Positions 1 through 5,902 of a stretch of DNA of 24,892 nucleotides are shown piece by piece. The position numbers were made by a program, and so were the translations under genes. Position 1 is the first letter of the stretch; each line of letters begins with the position of its first letter. The stretch lies in contig JAKSOL010000028.1 of the NCBI GenBank assembly GCA_024405635.1, positions 1-24,892 of the forward strand, read 5' to 3'. Under the pieces are notes generated by a model that was given only the letters and a program-made list of their open reading frames with translations, was not told the DNA's origin and ran no database searches. Origin of the DNA: Salinivirgaceae bacterium (GTDB lineage: Bacteria > Bacteroidota > Bacteroidia > Bacteroidales > SZUA-534).

Positions 1-40
1 CTATAGACATTTCTCTACTCGCATATAAATACAATGTACC

Positions 41-76
41 AAAATTGAGGTTATGCCACCAGACATAACCTCAATT
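41..76 (-). terminator. Probable intrinsic terminator downstream of the integrase remnant
   Basis: Perfect 13-bp inverted repeat AATTGAGGTTATG (43-55) / CATAACCTCAATT (64-76) with an 8-nt loop, immediately after the integrase stop at 78; short T run on the minus strand. Confidence 0.7.
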
Positions 77-77
77 C

Positions 78-535
78 TTATTGATTTACGACTTCAAATT
101 TAGGCTTGATTCTTGGCTTCAGAGTGATGCGGTCAACGCTCTGGCGCTTTATCTCATCTGCCATGTCTGCGTATATCTGTGTCGTGGCAACATTCTTATG
201 ACCGAGCATGTGCTGAACGGCATAGATGCTTGTTCCTGCATCAACTTGCAATGAGCCGAATGTATGACGTGAGCAATGGTAGCTGATTCTCTTGGTAACT
301 CCACTTGCATCAAGCCACTTCTTCAATGGTTTTTGTGTCATGTAGTTCTTGAGACCAGCAAACACCTTGTCTGTTGGCTTACGTTCAGGATCCTCATCAT
401 AAAAACCAATGAGTTCAAGTGCTTCCTCGCTGATAGGATTCTTGATGAGCTGCTGAGTCTTCTGCATACGGACAGTGATAAACAGGCCCCCGTCACCATA
501 AGGTTGAAGCTTGTAAGGATGTCGCTTCGTTTCAA
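78..535 (-). pseudogene. Tyrosine recombinase/integrase, C-terminal catalytic fragment (5'-truncated, frameshifted)
   Basis: ORF 78..467 has HCSRHTFG (H-x-x-R), LGHKNVATTQIY (H...catalytic Y) and MQKT (catalytic K strand). The frame continues upstream as QPYGDGGLFITVR to ~506. An LKRSDILT segment resembling the first-Arg box (LRxSDI) lies in another frame at ~512-535. The N-terminal arm-binding and core-binding domains are absent. Confidence 0.85.
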
Positions 536-581
536 TGCTGATGTGGTATTAACTTTCGATGAAGAAAACTATTGGAAAAAC

Positions 582-1024
582 GGTAGTATCCCATTTTGTG
601 TGTCTAAACTTGTCTTTGACAAGTTAGTAGACAAGGTGATGTTGCAAATGTAGTTTATATTTCTGTATTTTCAATGTTATAAATGTTTTTGCTTCGAGTT
701 CTTGATAGAACACAGGAATCATGAAAAATCCCGCTCGTGGAGCGCCTAGCGGCAAGGGCAGGAGTACCTGTCCCGACGAGCGAAATAAAGTATGGGTATT
801 GTCAATATTTGTTGTTGGGGAATAGTGTCTTGTCTGCCGTTATGTTTGGAAGAATCCTGTCATATGGCCGATGCTCCATGGCCACACTGCCCATAAGAGT
901 CAACACGGAATCTTCGTTCGGCATAGCCGTGCGCATTCTCAATACTCGTCTGAAATCACGATTGAGACGCTCTATCCTATTCGTTGTGTATATCATCGAC
1001 TGTATCTCGGGAGCATATTGAAGA
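582..1024 (-). mobile_element. IS256-family insertion sequence, right-end remnant
   Basis: Contains the transposase C-terminus (802-~1024). Ends in GGTAGTATCCCATTTTGTGTGTCT (582-605; minus strand ...ACACACAAAATGGGATACTACC), which resembles IS256-family terminal inverted repeats. No left end is visible. Confidence 0.7.
802..1024 (-). pseudogene. IS256 (Mutator-type) transposase C-terminal fragment
   Basis: LQYAPEIQSMIYTTNRIERLNRDFRRVLRMRTAMPNEDS matches the IS256 'IYTTN.IE.LN...RR' motif containing the catalytic Glu. The frame hits a stop a few codons upstream of ~1024. Confidence 0.85.
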
Positions 1025-1304
1025 GTTTCAACACAATTACGTCAGTGATGACAATTCCAAACTCCCCCTGAGCATACATCATTACTGAGACTAGCGCAGC
1101 AATGAATAATGGGTTTGTCAGGCAGAAGGAATGGAAGGGGGAGACTGTGGCTAGGTGGAAAACTAGAGGTCATCATAAGCGGCATCAGCCGACAGAGCTC
1201 CATTTAAGCCATCTACATAACCAAGAATGAGCAATTTAAATCTCAACTACTAAAACGCTCCATAATCAATATGTTACGTACTGTCAAAAGTGTCTCTATA
1301 ATCG

Positions 1305-1417
1305 CTCTCAGCAAATTACCAGCAAATTAAATCTCATTGAGTTTGCGTCTGAAAACCAACGATTTGCAGGTTTTTATTACTTCACGGTCACTCTCTCAGC
1401 AAATTACCAGCAAATTA
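1305..1417. repeat. Two exact 25-bp direct repeats, each an internal tandem of CAGCAAATTA(C)
   Basis: CTCTCAGCAAATTACCAGCAAATTA at 1305-1329 and 1393-1417 (starts 88 bp apart). Confidence 0.95.
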
Positions 1418-1585
1418 GATATACTGCATTATGCCCAAATAGGGATATGCCTTCTCTTTCATGCGTAACTTATAAGCTTTGTTGCTGCATGCCTTTGAAC
1501 AATAGACAGAGTCTATCGTTTTTGCCTTGAAAGAAGCACCACAACAGGCACACGTTCTCTCTATGTTATACTTAGCTGCTGGCAT
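1415..1585 (-). pseudogene. Truncated Cys-rich DNA-binding (excisionase-like) protein of a Bacteroidetes integrative element
   Basis: MPAAKYNIERTCACCGASFKAKTIDSVYCSKACSNKAYK: CxxC...YCSxxC zinc-binding N-terminus like those of HTH proteins encoded upstream of Bacteroidetes integrases. Similarity appears to stop at ~1450 and no HTH follows. ATG at 1585 preferred over the ORF-track start. Confidence 0.65.
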
Positions 1586-1590
1586 ATCGG

Positions 1591-1630
1591 TAATAAGACT
1601 TGTTAAGACATAATAAGACCTAATAAGGCG
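1591..1630. repeat. Four tandem 10-bp repeats (consensus TAATAAGACN)
   Basis: TAATAAGACT / TGTTAAGACA / TAATAAGACC / TAATAAGGCG at 1591, 1601, 1611 and 1621; TAAGGCGC recurs at 1647-1654. Confidence 0.8.
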
Positions 1631-1727
1631 CACATTGTCTCCAAATTAAGGCGCGTTACAAATATGGTGCAATTATAGCTAGAAAATCTATCAAAACAAC
1701 CTTATAACCAATACTCAATCAACAACC

Positions 1728-1764
1728 AAAAATGCGAGCGCAACCCCATAGTTACGCTCGCATT
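1728..1764 (-). terminator. Intrinsic terminator of dnaK
   Basis: Stem AATGCGAGCG (1731-1740) / CGCTCGCATT (1755-1764), extended by TAAC/GTTG pairing on the minus strand and followed by a T run; ~30 nt after the dnaK stop. Confidence 0.85.
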
Positions 1765-1795
1765 ATCATATCAAGCTATTTTTATTTCTAAAAAG

Positions 1796-3706
1796 CTACT
1801 TAACCTCCTCAAAATCAACGTCGGTTACGGTTTTGTCGTCACCACCTTGATTTGATTGTTGCTGACCAGCATTTGGTTGAGCTTGTTGTTGTTGAGCTTG
1901 AGCTTGTGCATTATACATGTCTTGGCTAGCAGCTTGGAAAGCTGTATTAACCTCGTTCATTGCAGCATCGATGCCAGCAATATCTTGGTTTTTGTGAGCC
2001 TCTTTCAATTTGTTCAATGCAGACTCAATTGCCGTTTTCTTGTCAGCTGGCAATTTATCGCCATACTCGTTCAAGTTCTTTTCGGTTTGGAAAATCATGC
2101 CGTCGGCTTGGTTAAGTTTGTCGATACGCTCTTTTTCTTTTTTGTCGGCCTCGGCATTAGCTTCTGCTTCAGCTTTCATACGTTTAATTTCGTCGTCGCT
2201 CAAACCGCTTGAAGCCTCGATGCGGATTTTTTGCTCTTTGCCAGTTGCTTTATCTTTTGCGCTTACGTTCAAAATGCCGTTAGCATCAATATCAAAAGTA
2301 ACCTCAATTTGTGGTTCGCCACGACGAGCTGGCATAATGCCGTCCAAGTGGAAGCGTCCAATTGTCTTGTTGTCTTTTGCCATTGGGCGTTCACCTTGCA
2401 AAACGTGAATTTCAACCGAAGGTTGGTTATCAACTGCAGTGGTAAACACTTCTGATTTTTTGGTTGGGATGGTTGTGTTTGACTCAATCAATTTGGTCAT
2501 TACACCGCCCATTGTTTCAATACCAAGTGAAAGTGGAGTTACGTCGAGCAAAAGCACATCTTTAACATCGCCGGTAAGAACGCCACCTTGAATAGCTGCA
2601 CCAACGGCCACAACCTCATCAGGGTTTACGCCTTTGCTTGGAGCTTTGCCAAAGAATTTTTGCACAGCATCTTGAATGGCAGGAATACGAGTTGAACCAC
2701 CAACAAGAATAACTTCGTCGATGTCGCTAGTTGAAAGGCCTGCATTTTTCAAAGCAGAGCGGCAAGGTTCAATGGTGCGTTGAACAAGGTCGTCAACCAA
2801 TTGCTCAAATTTTGCACGGGTAAGAGTGCGAACCAAGTGAGCAGGAACGCCATCAACTGGCATAATATAAGGCAAGTTGATTTCAGAAGAAGTAGTGTTT
2901 GAAAGTTCAATTTTAGCTTTTTCGGCAGCCTCTTTCAAGCGTTGAAGAGCCATTGGGTCTTTGCTCAAATCGATGCCATTGTTGTCGTTTTTAAACTCTT
3001 GAACAAGCCATTCAATAATGCGTTGGTCAAAGTCGTCGCCGCCAAGGTGAGTATCGCCGTCGGTTGATTTTACCTCAAACACGCCATCGCCAAGTTCAAG
3101 CACTGACACGTCGTGAGTACCACCACCGCAGTCGAAAACAACAATTTTCATATCCTTGTTTGTTTTGTCCAAGCCGTAAGCCAAAGCAGCAGCAGTAGGC
3201 TCGTTAACAATACGACGAACATTCAAACCTGCAATTTCGCCAGCTTCTTTTGTTGCCTGACGTTGTGCATCGTTAAAGTATGCAGGAACAGTAATAACAG
3301 CATCAGTAACCTCTTGACCAAGATAATCTTCAGCAGTTTTCTTCATTTTTTGAAGAACGATAGCAGAAATCTCTTGAGGAGTGTACAAACGGCCATCAAT
3401 ATCAACACGAGCGGTATTGTTGTCGCCTTTTACAACAGAATAAGGCACGCGCGAAATTTCGTTAGCCAAACGATCATAGCCCTCGCCCATAAAACGTTTA
3501 ATTGAGAAAACAGTTTTAAGAGGGTTAGTAATAGCTTGACGTTTTGCTGGGTCACCAACTTTACGTTCGCCATCTTTCAAAAAGCCTACAACCGAAGGGG
3601 TTGTGCGTTTACCTTCGCTGTTAGTAATAACAACAGGTTCGTTACCTTCCATTACAGCCACACAAGAGTTTGTGGTTCCAAGGTCAATTCCAATAATCTT
3701 TCCCAT
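1796..3706 (-). CDS. dnaK: Molecular chaperone DnaK (Hsp70)
   Basis: 636 aa; [77 protein letters not shown] and C-terminal DVDFEEVK. Confidence 0.99.
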   Translation of the reverse strand: MGKIIGIDLGTTNSCVAVMEGNEPVVITNSEGKRTTPSVVGFLKDGERKVGDPAKRQAITNPLKTVFSIKRFMGEGYDRLANEISRVPYSVVKGDNNTARVDIDGRLYTPQEISAIVLQKMKKTAEDYLGQEVTDAVITVPAYFNDAQRQATKEAGEIAGLNVRRIVNEPTAAALAYGLDKTNKDMKIVVFDCGGGTHDVSVLELGDGVFEVKSTDGDTHLGGDDFDQRIIEWLVQEFKNDNNGIDLSKDPMALQRLKEAAEKAKIELSNTTSSEINLPYIMPVDGVPAHLVRTLTRAKFEQLVDDLVQRTIEPCRSALKNAGLSTSDIDEVILVGGSTRIPAIQDAVQKFFGKAPSKGVNPDEVVAVGAAIQGGVLTGDVKDVLLLDVTPLSLGIETMGGVMTKLIESNTTIPTKKSEVFTTAVDNQPSVEIHVLQGERPMAKDNKTIGRFHLDGIMPARRGEPQIEVTFDIDANGILNVSAKDKATGKEQKIRIEASSGLSDDEIKRMKAEAEANAEADKKEKERIDKLNQADGMIFQTEKNLNEYGDKLPADKKTAIESALNKLKEAHKNQDIAGIDAAMNEVNTAFQAASQDMYNAQAQAQQQQAQPNAGQQQSNQGGDDKTVTDVDFEEVK

Positions 3707-3763
3707 ATTCTTAAAGTTTTAAAATTGTTACCAGTTTTTTAATTATTCAACGCCCTACTCTAG

Positions 3764-3866
3764 TCAATCTTTATGCCAAAGCAGTTTGTTTATGTTGTTG
3801 CGAAAAAATGACATGTAATGTTACTAAACATGAGCCCAAAATGTCAGCATTTATGCCAACGTGTCA
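3764..3866 (-). promoter_or_regulatory. Candidate dnaK regulatory region: sigma54-like -24/-12 element plus upstream TGACA-N3-TGG boxes
   Basis: Minus strand TGGCATAAAGATTGA (3778-3764) has GG-N10-GA spacing versus the GG-N10-GC consensus. Upstream boxes are TGACACGTTGGCA (3866-3854) and TGACATTTTGGGC (3846-3834). Confidence 0.45.
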
Positions 3867-4093
3867 GTTTTACTTATGTCCGTTAATGATTATTGGCAAT
3901 TGTTTATACAATATATATGAGTAGAAAAGCCACGACAGCCATAACGAATAGATATTAACAATACCAATCAACACAAAACATTATCAATCAATAAGATGCA
4001 AACAATTATGATTTAAAAGCAAAAAAATATGCACAAACCGTTGAACAATACGATTTTTTTTCATATTTGCGCAAAATTTAAAAATCAAAAGCT

Positions 4094-4315
4094 ATGTATT
4101 GGACACTTGAATTAGCATCAAACTTGGAAGATGCGCCATGGCCAGCAAGTAAAGAGGAATTGATTGACTACGCAATTCGTTCGGGCGCTCCATTGGAGGT
4201 AATTGAAAACCTACAAGATTTGGAAGATGATGGCGAAGTATATGATACCATTGAGGATATTTGGCCTGATTATCCAAGTAAAGAAGACTTTTTCTTTAAC
4301 GAAGACGAGTATTAA
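4094..4315 (+). CDS. DUF2795 family small acidic protein (conserved in Bacteroidetes)
   Basis: 73 aa MYWTLELASNLEDAPWPASKEELIDYAIRSGAPLEVIENLQ...DIWPDYPSKEDFFFNEDEY, a recognisable conserved Bacteroidetes sequence; followed by a terminator. Confidence 0.9.
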   Translation: MYWTLELASNLEDAPWPASKEELIDYAIRSGAPLEVIENLQDLEDDGEVYDTIEDIWPDYPSKEDFFFNEDEY

Positions 4316-4342
4316 TCGCGTCAAATTAGAACTGACAAATAG

Positions 4343-4373
4343 AACGGAGGACAATTATTGTTCTCCGTTTTTT
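4343..4373 (+). terminator. Intrinsic terminator after the DUF2795 gene
   Basis: AACGGAGGACAA-TTA-TTGTTCTCCGTT hairpin followed by a T run; lies between convergent genes. Confidence 0.85.
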
Positions 4374-4413
4374 GTTTTATAGTTTGCAGTTTACGAACTG
4401 GAGTTTCAAAACA

Positions 4414-5208
4414 TTATTCCCATTTATAATTCACAGTTTCGGGGACATAATATTTACCTATTCTAAAATCGATACCGGCTTTTATTGCCTGTGAAATTTG
4501 AAATCGACGCAAAACACGATACATTTTACCATCTTTAACAAAGAATGCCCCAGTTTGATGAAAGCGAAATGGCACGTTTTTATCAACGCATTGCTGACGA
4601 AGGTTCAAAATCCAATCGTAGTTACACGGGCGCGCATCAACTCCCGACTCGCCTCCTGTTGCAACTTCTTCAATACTTTCATTTAAATATGCCGATATAT
4701 CAATTTGCTCAATTAACGGTGAGGCAATGATTGATTTATGTTTTATTGGCAATTGATTGAATATTGGCAATCGGAAATCTGCACGATCTTGATTCTCCAC
4801 AGTGCAACCAACCATTACATTATCATAACCATCGTCCCAATCGGCAGGAATGCATTCCAAAAAACGGTGAATGCGTTTAGTGAAGAAATAGAAATAACAA
4901 TCGGGACGCTGGCGTATCATTGACCATGCGTCGGTTCGCCAAGCATCGGCATCTTCGAGCAAAAAGTCAGATGTAAAGCAGGTAAACACAACTTTACCCG
5001 GTGGAATTTTGTAACTGCCGTTGCGAGTACGCTTTATTGGTAAGCCAAAAGCTGCAGTTTTTCGCACCACACTACTCTCTACACTAGATTTGTATTGTTC
5101 ATCTTGCCTATACACGTAGCAATGGCGGCAACCTTCGCTAATTTTTGTACAGCCGTGCCAAGGATTCCAATCGGCATAAACCGAATATATATCAGACATT
5201 TTAGCCAT
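4414..5208 (-). CDS. DUF5131 family (phage Gp37/Gp68-like, radical-SAM-like) protein
   Basis: 264 aa; WNPWHGCTKISEGCRHCY (CX6CX2C), VFTCFTSDF, FFTKRIHR, GCTVENQ, GGESG..ARPC..DWI, F.FHQTG. Confidence 0.85.
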   Translation of the reverse strand: MAKMSDIYSVYADWNPWHGCTKISEGCRHCYVYRQDEQYKSSVESSVVRKTAAFGLPIKRTRNGSYKIPPGKVVFTCFTSDFLLEDADAWRTDAWSMIRQRPDCYFYFFTKRIHRFLECIPADWDDGYDNVMVGCTVENQDRADFRLPIFNQLPIKHKSIIASPLIEQIDISAYLNESIEEVATGGESGVDARPCNYDWILNLRQQCVDKNVPFRFHQTGAFFVKDGKMYRVLRRFQISQAIKAGIDFRIGKYYVPETVNYKWE

Positions 5209-5274
5209 ATTAACTAGCGTTGGGTAATGTTAATTAGCCATTATTACACCCATTGAAACAAATTGCGCAATAAT

Positions 5275-5610
5275 CTATAATCCCAAATTGTTTTTAGCAT
5301 CGTTGTTTGTTGAAACAATTGGCGACAGAATTTGACAAGTCGAAGCTTTGTTACAATCGGCACAAGTGGAAAAACCTTTTTGCGAAGCACACTGCCTAAT
5401 TGGACACAAATGCGAACAATAGTAGAACTTTACCCCGCCAGTACGACAACCTTCGCAGTTAATTGTATCGGGTGTAATTTGGTCGGTGTTATTCATTTTT
5501 GACCATTTATCGGCCACTTGGCAACGGAGTTGATTATCGTTATTGATTGTTGCAATGCGAGCCTCGCATGTTTCGCAGTTAAGACCACAAAAGGCAATAA
5601 GATTGTTCAT
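5275..5610 (-). CDS. DUF3795 family Cys-rich protein
   Basis: 111 aa with 12 Cys; IAFCGLNCETC, NCEGCR, C.IRQCA..KG.STCADC pattern. Confidence 0.85.
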   Translation of the reverse strand: MNNLIAFCGLNCETCEARIATINNDNQLRCQVADKWSKMNNTDQITPDTINCEGCRTGGVKFYYCSHLCPIRQCASQKGFSTCADCNKASTCQILSPIVSTNNDAKNNLGL

Positions 5611-5846
5611 TTTTCAGTAAATATTTATAAATCTATCAAGCGATTATTCTTAGTTGTTGTTTAATCAAATTAATTATGAGTAAAGTATTGTTATTCACAC
5701 AAATACAAGTATAAACAATTACTATATTATAAGCCTGTTGTAGTAAAAAAACAAAATTTATGTTGCATTTGAGTCAAACTTACAAATGAAGGTTTCTTTA
5801 CCACGAAACAATAGTTACAAATATATTCAACGCAATAGGTTCATAC

Positions 5847-5883
5847 AAAAAAAACTCGCCAAACTAAGTTTAGCGAGTTTTTT
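5847..5883 (-). terminator. Intrinsic (bidirectional-type) terminator after TonB-dependent receptor 1
   Basis: A8-CTCGCCAAAC-TAA-GTTTAGCGAG-T6, ~20 nt beyond the stop at 5903. Confidence 0.9.
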
Positions 5884-5902
5884 GCTTTGATATAGTAATT
5901 TG

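Noticed and set aside
1025-1062. CRISPR array
   Set aside because: The GTTT...GAAAC 38-mer occurs only once, with no spacers or cas genes in the window; kept only as a hairpin finding.
276-1071. Plus-strand ORFs 276..653, 737..1021 and 871..1071
   Set aside because: They are antisense to recognisable integrase and transposase fragments, cross element junctions and have no recognisable motifs.
1305-1417. Two-repeat mini-CRISPR
   Set aside because: The repeat is an internal tandem without palindromic structure and the 63-bp interval is too long for a typical spacer; it fits protein-binding sites better.
1845-1915. Gln/Ala-rich low-complexity repeat
   Set aside because: It encodes the ordinary disordered DnaK C-terminal tail.
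1856-3742. Series of antisense ORFs opposite dnaK
   Set aside because: Most lie in the codon-aligned antisense frame, a known by-product of hsp70 codon usage, and are interrupted by stops.
4414-5208. Prophage inferred from the Gp37/Gp68-like gene
   Set aside because: No phage structural, packaging or replication genes are nearby.
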